From Candidatus Micrarchaeota archaeon (GTDB lineage Archaea; B1Sed10-29; JAJRYS01), in assembly GCA_964496415.1 (NCBI GenBank), contig CAZBZN010000002.1:1-46266 (forward strand): 46,266 bases of DNA, read 5' to 3'. Positions within the stretch are counted from its first letter, which is position 1, and the number at the start of each line of letters is the position of its first letter. Positions 9,174 to 17,999 of the stretch are shown here, one piece after another. Both the position numbers and the translations under genes were made by a program. Under the pieces are notes generated by a model. It was given only the letters and a program-made list of their open reading frames with translations, had not been told where the DNA came from and did no database searches.

Positions 9174-10022
9174 TTAACCTCCGGTAATGTTTTTTAAACC
9201 AGCTGCCTGAGCAGCTGCTTTTGCAAGCATGAATTCAATTGACTCTTTAGTGAATACTCCTGCATTAACTGCAAGATTTCTTGCTTTGTCAAATGCTTGG
9301 GTTATCATTAATTCAATAGTTTGCTTTGTTGGATAACCTGAATTGAAAGCCAAGTTAAAAGCTTTAGTGCATGAAGAAACCAGTTCACTCATTACTTGTT
9401 CTTCGTTAATATCAAGGACTTCAGGAGTATAAATAACGCCATCTTCTGTTAAAGCTAAGATTTTCAAGCCTATCTTGAAAGGCATTATCCCTAACTTTGA
9501 CAAAGCAGCTGCTGCTTGTTCAGTTACTTTTTCTCCTTTCTTGGTTACTACGCTGTCCTTGTTAACCACTATTTTTCCTTTATCAATCTTACAATCTATT
9601 TTAGCCATTTTAAGCTCTGAAAGCACTGGGCCTACTGGAAGGTCTGTTTCTCCAGCAGGAACTATTATGTCCTCTTCAGCAATCATTCCTGGCTTTGCAA
9701 AAGCCTTGCTCCTGCTCTTTTTAATTATCTTAAAAAGCTTGAAAGAATTTTCTTCAGAAACAATCAAACCACAAGGTCCTTGTAAGTATTGCAGGAGTTT
9801 TTCTAAGTCAGGCCTGCCTAGTTCTTTAAAAGCTCTTTGCATGAAAATCTTTTTAGTAACTAAAAGCTCTGCTTTTCCTCTTAATTGTTTTCTAATGCTT
9901 TGAAACTGTGAGGATGGAAGATTTTGTAAAGAGAACACTCCAACTACTTTTTTATCTTTAACAAACTGCTTTACTTCTTCTACTTTTTGCTTTTTCCACT
10001 CAGGAACTTCCCCTTGCCTCAT
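9174..10022 (-). CDS. rplP0: 50S ribosomal protein uL10 (P0), short form lacking the acidic tail
   Basis: Position between L1 and P1, and an N-terminal L10 domain ([14 protein letters not shown]...[18 protein letters not shown]). Only 282 aa, ending [10 protein letters not shown]. Confidence 0.85.
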   Translation of the reverse strand: MRQGEVPEWKKQKVEEVKQFVKDKKVVGVFSLQNLPSSQFQSIRKQLRGKAELLVTKKIFMQRAFKELGRPDLEKLLQYLQGPCGLIVSEENSFKLFKIIKKSRSKAFAKPGMIAEEDIIVPAGETDLPVGPVLSELKMAKIDCKIDKGKIVVNKDSVVTKKGEKVTEQAAAALSKLGIMPFKIGLKILALTEDGVIYTPEVLDINEEQVMSELVSSCTKAFNLAFNSGYPTKQTIELMITQAFDKARNLAVNAGVFTKESIEFMLAKAAAQAAGLKNITGG

Positions 10023-10028
10023 TTCAGC

Positions 10029-10682
10029 TCACTTTAACTCTACTTTAACACTTGGGCCCATAGTTGTTTTAACATAAATTGACTTCAAGTTTCCTTCCCT
10101 GTTAGGAAGCTTTTCAATCAAAGCATTAATCACTGCCACAGCATTCTCTGCTAAGTCTTCATTACTCATGTCCTCTGTCCCAATACAAGCATGCAATGTT
10201 GGAAGAAACTTACCTTTTGTCCTTAAGTTAATCATTTTAGAAGCGTTTTTTATTAACAATTCTAAGTCAGCATTAGGAGGCACTGGCTTAGGCATTTTCC
10301 CTCTTGGACCAAGAGCCTGTCCCATGATCTTACCAACTAAAGGCATTAAGTCAGGCTGGGAGAAGAACACATCATACTCATTAGCTATTTTTTTAATTTC
10401 CTTTTTATTGCCTGAAAGCTTTTCTAACTCTTCTTTGCTGATTACTCTTGCATCAGTCTTTTTAGCTTTAGTTATTAGTTCATCACCAGCAATGACTGCT
10501 GCCTTTAAAGGCTTTCCTCTTCCTTTAGGCAGTGAAACAGTAATATTGATTCTCTTGTCTGGCTTTGAAAAATCAACGCCTTTAAAGTTTATGGTCAAGT
10601 CTACTGACTGAAGGAAGTTTCTTTTCTTAGCCTTAGACTTGGCTTCTTCAATAGCCTTAACTAGTTTTTCTTTCAAGTCCAC
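10029..10682 (-). CDS. rpl1: 50S ribosomal protein uL1
   Basis: FLQSVDLTINFKGVDFSKPDKRI and GPRGKMPKP motifs. GTG start with GGAGGA upstream. Confidence 0.9.
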   Translation of the reverse strand: MDLKEKLVKAIEEAKSKAKKRNFLQSVDLTINFKGVDFSKPDKRINITVSLPKGRGKPLKAAVIAGDELITKAKKTDARVISKEELEKLSGNKKEIKKIANEYDVFFSQPDLMPLVGKIMGQALGPRGKMPKPVPPNADLELLIKNASKMINLRTKGKFLPTLHACIGTEDMSNEDLAENAVAVINALIEKLPNREGNLKSIYVKTTMGPSVKVELK

Positions 10683-10785
10683 AGAACCATCCTCCTACTC
10701 CAAAAGGAGTAGTAAACGGAAAGACAAAACCTTCCGTAATATCATGTAATTTTTACTCTAACGGGTTTATAAACTTTTAGGATTG

Positions 10786-10917
10786 TCACTTAAATGACTT
10801 GTACCACTTCTCATACTCCTTATAGTTCTTAAAGCAATGCAGGATATAAAGAACATCTCCTTCAATCTCGTATATTATTCTTGATTGCTTTGTAACTTTT
10901 TCAACATTAAAAGGCAT
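10786..10917 (-). pseudogene. Toxin-like remnant (43-aa ORF resembling the C-terminal half of a RelE/YoeB-type toxin)
   Basis: Below the ORF-track cutoff. It translates to MPFNVEKVTKQSRIIYEIEGDVLYILHCFKNYKEYEKWYKSFK; the RIIYEI...VLYIL pattern matches the C-terminal beta strands of a RelE-like fold. Confidence 0.35.
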
Positions 10918-10925
10918 CCCAAACT

Positions 10926-10991
10926 TCAAGTTTCTCTTTCAATTATCTTTTTTATTATCGCCTCATAAGGAGTTCCTAAATTAATGTTCAC
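10926..10991 (-). pseudogene. Antitoxin-like stub (about 21-25 codons) immediately upstream of the toxin remnant
   Basis: Translates to (V)NINLGTPYEAIIKKIIERET then a stop. It resembles only the N-terminal strand-helix of an RHH/antitoxin. It is 8 nt upstream of the remnant toxin ATG. Confidence 0.25.
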
Positions 10992-11046
10992 CACAACCAC
11001 CAACGTTCACTCAACATAATATCAGTAATACATTTCACTTATAAAG

Positions 11047-11859
11047 TTAATGTTCATAATTTTTAAGCCTGCAAAACGCGCATACCTCTGTATTAGTAGG
11101 CATGCCGCATTTAACACAGCTCTTTAAGGTTTCTTTACTTTCAGGATAATAAGAAGATGTCTTGTAAATTGACTTTATCATAGCCTTTTTAAAACCCCTG
11201 TGCCTTGACTCAATCAACTTTACTGTCTCCTTCCACTTGTCAGTAGGAACTTTTCCTTCTAACGCAGGACACTGATAACCTTCAAGCACAGGCAAACCTG
11301 ATTTTCTCACAATGCTCAAAGCTTCTTCTCCTGTAATGAAGAACAACGGCCTTATCCTAGTAATTAAGTTACCTGATCCTTTAACAACAGGCTTGAACTT
11401 ACTAATCCACTCATACTCCTGGTTTAAGAAGTTCTTGAAGAAAAAAGCAATAAAATCATCAGCATTATGGCCAGTAGCAAGTTTTGAAGCACCATGCTCT
11501 AAAGCAGCTTTATTCATGAAATACCTCTTCACTATACCACACACACTGCAAACAGGCCTATGGCTTCTGGCAGCAGCCTTTTTCACATCTAATTCTTTAA
11601 AAGCATCAACAGTAACTAAGTCAATCTCAAGCAGGTCACACTGAGATTTAATCACTTCAAAAGCATTACTCTTCTCATAGACTCTCACATGAAGGCCAGT
11701 AATTTCAGCATCAAAGCCCTTTTCGTCAACGTACTTTTTCAAACAATATAAAGAAGCAGCACTGTCTTTTCCACCACTTAAAGCTACAAATATTTTATCT
11801 CCTTCAACAACTAAGCCATGTTTTTCAATGACTTTAAACACAGGCTTAAGCAAACCCAA
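11047..11859 (-). CDS. ncsA: PP-loop ATPase of the TtuA/Ncs6(NcsA) tRNA 2-thiolation family
   Basis: SGGKDS PP-loop, CSVCGIVKR (Fe-S/CxxC...R), LATGHNADD, and a C-terminal zinc ribbon CVKCG...CAFC. The exact TTG/GTG start is uncertain. Confidence 0.75.
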   Translation of the reverse strand: MGLLKPVFKVIEKHGLVVEGDKIFVALSGGKDSAASLYCLKKYVDEKGFDAEITGLHVRVYEKSNAFEVIKSQCDLLEIDLVTVDAFKELDVKKAAARSHRPVCSVCGIVKRYFMNKAALEHGASKLATGHNADDFIAFFFKNFLNQEYEWISKFKPVVKGSGNLITRIRPLFFITGEEALSIVRKSGLPVLEGYQCPALEGKVPTDKWKETVKLIESRHRGFKKAMIKSIYKTSSYYPESKETLKSCVKCGMPTNTEVCAFCRLKNYEH

Positions 11860-11875
11860 CCCCCTTTAAAAACAG

Positions 11876-12523
11876 TCAAAATGCAGCTTCTTCAGTTTTC
11901 TTAGCAAGCGCTGCTTTTGCCTTCAAAGCTTTCTTGCTTGCTTTCTTTCCTTTTTCAGGGGCTTCTTCTTTCTTCTGAGCAGCTTCAAACCTCTTCCTCA
12001 TCTCAGCAAGCTCTTTCTCACTAGGAAGCTCAAGTTCTTTTCTTCCAAAAATCTTATCATCATACAAGCCCTCATCAACTTCTTTGATTACTTCCTTAGG
12101 ATCCTTGCCATTAACAAGCACTCCCATTGAAACACAAGTGCCAAGAACTTCCTTAACATGCTTTCTCATGTCAGTAGCAAGACTAGCATCATACTTAGCC
12201 ATAGCAATCTTAATAATTTGATCTATCTTCAAGTCAGCAACTTTCACTTCCTTAGCTTTTCCAGAACCTTTTTGAACACCAGCTTCTTTCTTAATCAAAG
12301 CAGACACAGGAGGAGTACCAACCTCTATCCTGTACTCTTTAGTGCTGGTGTCAACAATAATCTTTACTGGAACAGTCATTCCAGCAAAACCCTTAGTCTT
12401 TTCATTAATCTCAGCAACTACTTTCCCAGCATTAATGCCTAAAGGACCTAAAGCTGGTCCTATTGGTGGTCCTGGAGTAGCTTTTCCACCTTCAACCAAC
12501 GCGCTAATTGTTTTTTCAGCCAT
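11876..12523 (-). CDS. rpl11: 50S ribosomal protein uL11 with about 55-aa Lys/Ala/Glu C-terminal extension
   Basis: GGKATPGPPIGPALGPLGIN signature. 215 aa, against about 160 typical. Confidence 0.9.
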   Translation of the reverse strand: MAEKTISALVEGGKATPGPPIGPALGPLGINAGKVVAEINEKTKGFAGMTVPVKIIVDTSTKEYRIEVGTPPVSALIKKEAGVQKGSGKAKEVKVADLKIDQIIKIAMAKYDASLATDMRKHVKEVLGTCVSMGVLVNGKDPKEVIKEVDEGLYDDKIFGRKELELPSEKELAEMRKRFEAAQKKEEAPEKGKKASKKALKAKAALAKKTEEAAF

Positions 12524-12528
12524 TCACA

Positions 12529-12975
12529 TCACTTTTGTTCTTGTTGAGTAATCACCCTAATATTTGAAGCATTAACTGTTATAGGAATAGGCACCGCAGC
12601 CTCAAGTATTTCAACAGTAATCTTATCTTTTGACTCATCAATCCTTATTACTTTTGCTTTTTCTCCTTTAAAAGCACCACTGATTATTTCAACAATATCT
12701 CCTCTTTCAATACCAGCAGTCATTGGTTTTACTTCAAGGAACTTTTCAATATCCTCAAAACTCATCTCCCCTTTAACAAAACCCTTGACATGAGGCACTT
12801 TATAAACAAGCCTTCTTGCTTCTGCTTCACTCTCAGCTTCAATAATCAAATAACCCCTCATGGAATCAATAAAAGTAACAGAATAAACTTCAAAAGCTTC
12901 TTTTTTTGCCTTGTCTTCAAGCAAGTCAGCTACTACTTTCTCCTGCCCAATAGTTGTCCTAACAGCATAAAACAT
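12529..12975 (-). CDS. spt5: Transcription elongation factor Spt5 (archaeal NusG)
   Basis: MFYAVRTTIGQEK NGN start, a KOW motif (GDIVEIISGAFKGEKAKVIRID) and the canonical position between secE and rpl11. Confidence 0.88.
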   Translation of the reverse strand: MFYAVRTTIGQEKVVADLLEDKAKKEAFEVYSVTFIDSMRGYLIIEAESEAEARRLVYKVPHVKGFVKGEMSFEDIEKFLEVKPMTAGIERGDIVEIISGAFKGEKAKVIRIDESKDKITVEILEAAVPIPITVNASNIRVITQQEQK

Positions 12976-12987
12976 TCAAACCACTTC

Positions 12988-13182
12988 CTAACCTGCAAGC
13001 AGCCATTTCAAAGACTCAATAACATAACCAACCAAGCCTATTAAGATTATACCAAGACCAGTGATTTTCGCAACTGTGAACAACTCCTGTTTTGTAGGCT
13101 TCTTAGCAAGTCTTAAAACTCTTACAGAGTTCTTAAAAAAACCAGAAGCCTTCTCCTTAAAACCCTTAACACTTAGCTTCAT
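12988..13182 (-). CDS. secE: Preprotein translocase SecE (Sec61-gamma)
   Basis: Small protein with a single C-terminal TM (ITGLGIILIGLVGYVIESL) after KKPTKQE, in the conserved secE-spt5 position. ATG at 13182 preferred over GTG at 13191. Confidence 0.75.
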   Translation of the reverse strand: MKLSVKGFKEKASGFFKNSVRVLRLAKKPTKQELFTVAKITGLGIILIGLVGYVIESLKWLLAG

Positions 13183-13263
13183 AACATTCACTTCAAAGCC
13201 TTTGAAAAATAAACCAATAATGTTACAATAGTTTTTGAAACAAGAGTATTTAAAAGTAATGGT

Positions 13264-13686
13264 TTAAAGCTTTTTCCTAAGCCCAATGCTTCCAACTTCT
13301 TCCTTAAAGCCAAGAGACTTATAAAATCCTAATGCTTTAGCATTGTTCTTGCTTACAACCACTCTCACTTCAACGCATCCTTTGCTTGCCTCTTCAATCA
13401 ACTTCCTACCAATTCCTCTGCCTTGAAACTTTTTCTCAACAAACAAGTTAAACACCAAACAAACCCATTCAACTACTAAAAACTCCACGAACCCAACAAC
13501 CCTGCCATCAACTTCAGCTACCAAGAAGTCAGTAACTCCAAAATTAGCAGCCACGCTTTCTGCTTTCCTCTCAGCAGAATCAATCAAGCAAATAAACTCT
13601 CCAACCCCTGCATTGTCATCAAAAGCATCTAATACTATTCTCTTCAACTCACTGATATCCTTTAGTTCAGCTTTTCTTACAAGCAT
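13264..13686 (-). CDS. GNAT-family N-acetyltransferase
   Basis: Motif A, FQGRGIGRKLIEEA, and a C-terminal ALGFYKSLGF. Confidence 0.8.
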   Translation of the reverse strand: MLVRKAELKDISELKRIVLDAFDDNAGVGEFICLIDSAERKAESVAANFGVTDFLVAEVDGRVVGFVEFLVVEWVCLVFNLFVEKKFQGRGIGRKLIEEASKGCVEVRVVVSKNNAKALGFYKSLGFKEEVGSIGLRKKL

Positions 13687-13719
13687 ATTATTTTAAAGCC
13701 AAAAGCTCTTTTATTAACC

Positions 13720-13893
13720 ATGCGTTTGAAAAGAAAACAACTTGAAGTAAGAGAGATAACAGGAATAATGAACGCAATCAAAGCAAGAGAAAAAGCAACC
13801 AGTTTAGAGGAAGCAGTAGAATACTTGAAAAAAGTATATGGCGAGGAAAAAGTAAAAAAAGCGTTAGAAAAACTAAAACAAACAAAAACCTAA
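13720..13893 (+). CDS. Small hypothetical protein (57 aa)
   Basis: Below the track cutoff. ATG at 13720 to TAA at 13891-13893, giving MRLKRKQLEVREITGIMNAIKAREKATSLEEAVEYLKKVYGEEKVKKALEKLKQTKT. It fills an otherwise empty 210-nt gap. Confidence 0.35.
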   Translation: MRLKRKQLEVREITGIMNAIKAREKATSLEEAVEYLKKVYGEEKVKKALEKLKQTKT

Positions 13894-13895
13894 AC

Positions 13896-15068
13896 TCACT
13901 TAATATAGTCAATTCCTAAGTCTTCTTCTACTTTTCCTTTTTCTAAGTCAAGGTAAGGGATCTTCCCTCCGGCAATCAAGACCATTGCTTGGATTGACTT
14001 CTTAGGCATTGAGTCATCAATCATTGCTCCCCAAATGATATGCGCGTTAGGATTAATCTTAGAAGCAACAGCTTCACAAATCACTTCTGCTTCTCTTAAA
14101 GTCATGTCAGACCCGCCGATCACGTTAATCAAAGCCCTGTCAGCCTCTGAAATGTCAACATCAAGTAAAGGAGAATTAAGCGCTTCTTCAACTGCTTCAA
14201 GCGCACGGTTTTCTCCTGTTGACTCTGCAGAAGACTCACCTAAGCCAATCATTGCAGCCCCGCCATTAGTTAAGACAGTTCTCACGTCAGCAAAGTCAAG
14301 GTTGACTAACCCTGGTTTTGTAACAAGCTCTGTTATCCCCTTAACAGCATTAGATAACACTTCATCAGCTACTTTAAAAGCAGCACTAAGAGGAAGCTCA
14401 GGAACTATTTCAAGCAACTTGTCATTAGGAATGACAATCACAGTGTCACATTCTTTCTTAAGCTTCCTTAACCCGCTTAAAGCATTCTCCATCCTCTTCT
14501 TTCCTTCTACTGAGAAAGGAAGAGTAACAATACCAACACTTAAAGCACCAACTTCCTTAGCTACTTGAGCAATTACTGGAGCAGAACCAGTACCAGTCCC
14601 ACCACCTAAACCGCAAGTGACAAAAACCATGTCAGCTCCATCAAGCACTTTAGCAATATCACTAATGCTCTCCTTAGCAGCTGCTTCACCTATTTCAGGA
14701 TTAGAACCAGCTCCAAGCCCACGGGTTATTTCTCTTCCTATAAGCACTTTCTTATCAGCAGGAGTAATAAGCAAGTGCTGTGCGTCAGTGTTCAAAGCAA
14801 TCAACTCAGCTCCATGAATTCCAATCTCACTCATCCTAGCCATGGTATTGTTACCAGAACCACCAGCACCAACCACTTTAATATTAGCCATCGCGTAATC
14901 CAAAGCAGCTTTTAATTCTTCATCAGAAATAGCTCCAACACCAGACTGCTTGACAGCTTTTGATTTCTTTGGTTTCCTATCATCTTCAGCAATTATTATC
15001 TTAGCATTAGGATTGTGTTTTGGTTTTTTAGCAGCTGCTTCAAGAGCTTCCTTCACAAGTCTTTTCAT
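13896..15068 (-). CDS. ftsZ: Cell division GTPase FtsZ
   Basis: GAGGSGNN and the tubulin signature [19 protein letters not shown] Shine-Dalgarno upstream. Confidence 0.93.
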   Translation of the reverse strand: MKRLVKEALEAAAKKPKHNPNAKIIIAEDDRKPKKSKAVKQSGVGAISDEELKAALDYAMANIKVVGAGGSGNNTMARMSEIGIHGAELIALNTDAQHLLITPADKKVLIGREITRGLGAGSNPEIGEAAAKESISDIAKVLDGADMVFVTCGLGGGTGTGSAPVIAQVAKEVGALSVGIVTLPFSVEGKKRMENALSGLRKLKKECDTVIVIPNDKLLEIVPELPLSAAFKVADEVLSNAVKGITELVTKPGLVNLDFADVRTVLTNGGAAMIGLGESSAESTGENRALEAVEEALNSPLLDVDISEADRALINVIGGSDMTLREAEVICEAVASKINPNAHIIWGAMIDDSMPKKSIQAMVLIAGGKIPYLDLEKGKVEEDLGIDYIK

Positions 15069-15186
15069 TTAGTCACCTTCCATGACTTTTTCTTTTAAAA
15101 TTCTGAAGTTCATAGTATAAATAACTTTTCTTAGCTTTTCTAAGCCAAAGCCTATAACCGCAGCCCATGACCTCACTCAAAAAAAG

Positions 15187-15642
15187 TTAAATTTTTCCAG
15201 TAAGCCTCCAGTTAACAGCAACTACCCTGCCATCGCCTTTTTCTTGAATCCTTTTCCTTATCTCATCAGCAAGCCACTTACGTGTCTCCAAAGGCAAGGA
15301 GTCAATATTAGTCCTTGGGCCTATGCCTCTTTCTTTAAGAAGTTTTGGAGGAATCTTTACTTGAGTGGCTTGAAGCAGCTTACTAACATGCTTTGACTCA
15401 ACTATTTGAGGAAACCTTTTCTTCATGACTTCAATAGTCATTGACTTAATCTTAGGAATAGCACTATAAGGAGACTTCCCAGGAATACTAACTACTTCTG
15501 CTTTTTTCTCAGTAAGCCTTACTGCAAAAGGAACTTTCCTACCAGCTTTTTCTATCCTCGCCAAGTTAAGTATTTCACGAGCAGTCAAAGGAACAATCCT
15601 CTTAGCTGCAGGAGGTTTTTTTGTTTTTCTTTTCTTAACCAT
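15187..15642 (-). CDS. Hypothetical basic protein (151 aa)
   Basis: ATG with GGAAGTGG upstream. No family recognised. Contains an LLKERGIGPRT motif resembling the KGINP paralogs. Confidence 0.5.
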   Translation of the reverse strand: MVKKRKTKKPPAAKRIVPLTAREILNLARIEKAGRKVPFAVRLTEKKAEVVSIPGKSPYSAIPKIKSMTIEVMKKRFPQIVESKHVSKLLQATQVKIPPKLLKERGIGPRTNIDSLPLETRKWLADEIRKRIQEKGDGRVVAVNWRLTGKI

Positions 15643-15711
15643 GAAACCACTTCCAAAACAAACTTAACTGAAAAAATTATGAAAACACTTGTTTTTTAAA
15701 CTTCCGAATGA

Positions 15712-16023
15712 TTACAAGTCCTTCAAGTAACCTTTTTTCTTAAGCCATTCAACTTCAGTTTGCCTGTACCTCCACACTATATCCCCTTTTTTGTCACCTT
15801 CATAAGGCCATGGTTGAACAATGACATAATCATCCTGCCTTACGAACATTCTTTTAAGCCTTCCAGGAATCCTGCACATTCTAAGCTTGTTATCACTGCA
15901 CCTGACAGTCATCCTCTTCCCACCGTGCAGTGCTTCAACAACACCAATAACCTCGTCTCCTTTAGGAAGCCTTACCCTTAGCTCCTGCTCTGGTTGTTGA
16001 TTTTTATTAGTTTTTTTAACCAT
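15712..16023 (-). CDS. eif1a: Translation initiation factor aIF-1A
   Basis: S1-like OB sequence GVVEALHGGKRMTVRCSDNKLRMCRIPGRLKRMFVRQDDYVIV. Confidence 0.88.
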   Translation of the reverse strand: MVKKTNKNQQPEQELRVRLPKGDEVIGVVEALHGGKRMTVRCSDNKLRMCRIPGRLKRMFVRQDDYVIVQPWPYEGDKKGDIVWRYRQTEVEWLKKKGYLKDL

Positions 16024-16080
16024 TCAAAACCACCCTTATTAAAAATAAACTAAAAAGATTCTTTTTTAAAAGCTTATGCT

Positions 16081-16356
16081 TCAAAACCTGAAAATCAAAG
16101 CATAAGGAACTTCTTCAACTTTTTTCACTTCTGCGACCATCTTCTCTTTCTTAGCCAAGCTAACAACTTTTTCACCAACAAGGTTAATGTTATCATTTTT
16201 CCTTAAAGCGTCAACAAACTCTTTTTCACCAACCAACTCTCCTTTGTAAAAGTCCTCTTTAACTTCTAAAAACACTTCTCCTTGCTGAAAAGTTTTCCCA
16301 AGAAGTTCTTCATCGCAAGCAGCTAAAACTCCATTGTGTTGCTTGACCCAGATCAT
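16081..16356 (-). CDS. DUF424-family protein
   Basis: 91 aa with VLAACDEELLGKTF...FYKGE...NLVGEKVV...VPYALIF, which matches the DUF424 pattern as I recall it. Confidence 0.6.
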   Translation of the reverse strand: MIWVKQHNGVLAACDEELLGKTFQQGEVFLEVKEDFYKGELVGEKEFVDALRKNDNINLVGEKVVSLAKKEKMVAEVKKVEEVPYALIFRF

Positions 16357-16367
16357 AAAACCATCCT

Positions 16368-16775
16368 TTAAATTGTTCTAACAGGAGACCTTGCACCGCA
16401 GACTTCACATCTCTTGTACTTCACTCCTTCAAATATTATGAAAACAGTGTCAGGCTTCCCGCATTCATTACATAATACGAACTCCTTAACGTAATCCTCA
16501 AGCTTTTTGTTTAAAACGTCTTCTCTGAACCTTCCTTGAAGAATCCCACGCTTGCCGTCAAAAACACTGGGAACAGCAAGTTCTTTTGAAAAATACTTAA
16601 GCAAATGAGCAGGGTCACGGTTAAGTTTTCCAGCAACTTCATTCAAGTTTCTTATTATCGTCTGCTTGCCATGAATCATTACTTCAAGTTTTGGAATCTC
16701 AAACCTTTCTTTTTTCTTTTCTTTCTCAGGAAGCTTTGAATAAACATCCTCAAGCATCTTCTCATAATCCCTCAT
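16368..16775 (-). CDS. eif2b: Translation initiation factor aIF-2 beta subunit
   Basis: DYEKMLEDVYSKLPEK N-terminus and a C-terminal zinc ribbon CNECGKPDT...CEVCGA. The ATG at 16775 has an AGGAGG Shine-Dalgarno 5 nt upstream; the alternative ATG at 16790 overlaps the upstream stop. Confidence 0.88.
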   Translation of the reverse strand: MRDYEKMLEDVYSKLPEKEKKKERFEIPKLEVMIHGKQTIIRNLNEVAGKLNRDPAHLLKYFSKELAVPSVFDGKRGILQGRFREDVLNKKLEDYVKEFVLCNECGKPDTVFIIFEGVKYKRCEVCGARSPVRTI

Positions 16776-16786
16776 AAAAACCCTCC

Positions 16787-17173
16787 TCATTCAACAGAAC
16801 CAAGGTCCTCTACTTCTGATTTAAGACATTCAAGGTCATGGACTTTTTTCTGTTCTTCAGTGATTTTCTTCACAGCCTCTCCCAATATAAACCTTTCTCC
16901 TTCTGTTTCTCTTATTTTTCCAATAACCTTAACCAAGTCTCCTTGATTAACTTCAAGCCCTCCGTAGTCAAAAAACTTAACCCTTATCTTTGCTTCATCT
17001 TCTATAGTAATCACTGAATAATTATCTGACTCATACTTGTCAATCACCATTCCAGTGACGTTAACTCTTGAAACCTTTCTTCCAAACAACTTAACATAAT
17101 TAACCTCATCTTTGACAAACTCTCCGTTAACCAAATCCTTTATCCTGACTTTATAAGCAATACTTCTCTTCAT
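16787..17173 (-). CDS. OB-fold nucleic-acid-binding protein (RPA/SSB-like)
   Basis: VSRVNVTGMVIDKYESDNYSVITIEDEAKIRVKFF...GDLVKVIGKIRE is a typical OB-fold anticodon/RPA-type barrel pattern. The start is set at the MKRSIAYK ATG, with AAGGGGG upstream. Confidence 0.5.
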   Translation of the reverse strand: MKRSIAYKVRIKDLVNGEFVKDEVNYVKLFGRKVSRVNVTGMVIDKYESDNYSVITIEDEAKIRVKFFDYGGLEVNQGDLVKVIGKIRETEGERFILGEAVKKITEEQKKVHDLECLKSEVEDLGSVE

Positions 17174-17183
17174 AAAAACCCCC

Positions 17184-17990
17184 TTAAAGAACTGTTGAAA
17201 TAAAAAAACCAAGACAAGCCCCTGCAGAGACAACAGGAAGCGCAGGCATCACCCGTCCAGGCTTTCTTGAAACATAATAAAACAAAAACAACAAACCAAT
17301 TAATGAACCAGTAACAGAACTTAACGCAGGAACCAATCCCAAGTTAACTAAAAGACTTGAGCTTAAAACCAAAGGCATTGCAAGGTCACCGCCGCCTACT
17401 TGAAAAACATGATTAACTTCCTTACAAGGAATAGCTGCAGTAAAAGCAGTCCTGCCTCCTAGTTTTTCAGCCATGAAAACCATGTGCTTGGTTACAAAAA
17501 CAGCTATGAAATCATAAACTGAAAGAATAAAAAGAAGAATTATTGCTGGAAGCACTTGAAGAGAAACTCCAATAACAGAACCTGCCCCTGCAACAGCAAA
17601 CATCATTGCAAGATTCTGATAGAAAAAAGACTTCTTCTTAAGCTTTAAGAACACCAGAATAAAAGCAAGAATCTCTCCAACAAAAGGCACTGGAAAGACA
17701 AAATCAAACACTATTGCTGAAGCGAAAAAAATCGCTACTGCTTCAAGAAAAACAATCAACTTTAGCTTGAATTTCAAAACCAAAACAATTACTCCAGTCA
17801 TAATAAGCAAGTAAAAAACCAAGACAATGGAATTAAAAGCATCCTGAGGATTGCTGAAAACAGGTTCAAGCTCACCTGACTTAATGTAATAAGAATAACT
17901 AGCAGCAGTATAAAGGCCTATTAATTGAGTTAATAAAAAGATCACCCCAGCAAGCACTAAAGCTTGTTTCCGTGAAAAACTAAAAAACAT
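17184..17990 (-). CDS. Presenilin/signal-peptide-peptidase-like intramembrane aspartyl protease (A22 family)
   Basis: Polytopic protein with a YD motif (LSVYDFIAV), a GxGD motif (VGGGDLAMPL) and a PAL motif (VMPALPV), in the canonical order. Confidence 0.75.
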   Translation of the reverse strand: MFFSFSRKQALVLAGVIFLLTQLIGLYTAASYSYYIKSGELEPVFSNPQDAFNSIVLVFYLLIMTGVIVLVLKFKLKLIVFLEAVAIFFASAIVFDFVFPVPFVGEILAFILVFLKLKKKSFFYQNLAMMFAVAGAGSVIGVSLQVLPAIILLFILSVYDFIAVFVTKHMVFMAEKLGGRTAFTAAIPCKEVNHVFQVGGGDLAMPLVLSSSLLVNLGLVPALSSVTGSLIGLLFLFYYVSRKPGRVMPALPVVSAGACLGFFISTVL

Positions 17991-17999
17991 CCTCTTACC

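Noticed and set aside
9174-9185. The C-terminal Gly-Gly of P0 (…NITGG) as a possible ubiquitin-like SAMP tail for the nearby E1-like enzyme.
   Set aside because: The protein is clearly uL10/P0 by its N-terminal domain and operon position, and no beta-grasp domain is evident. The GG ending is most simply coincidental.
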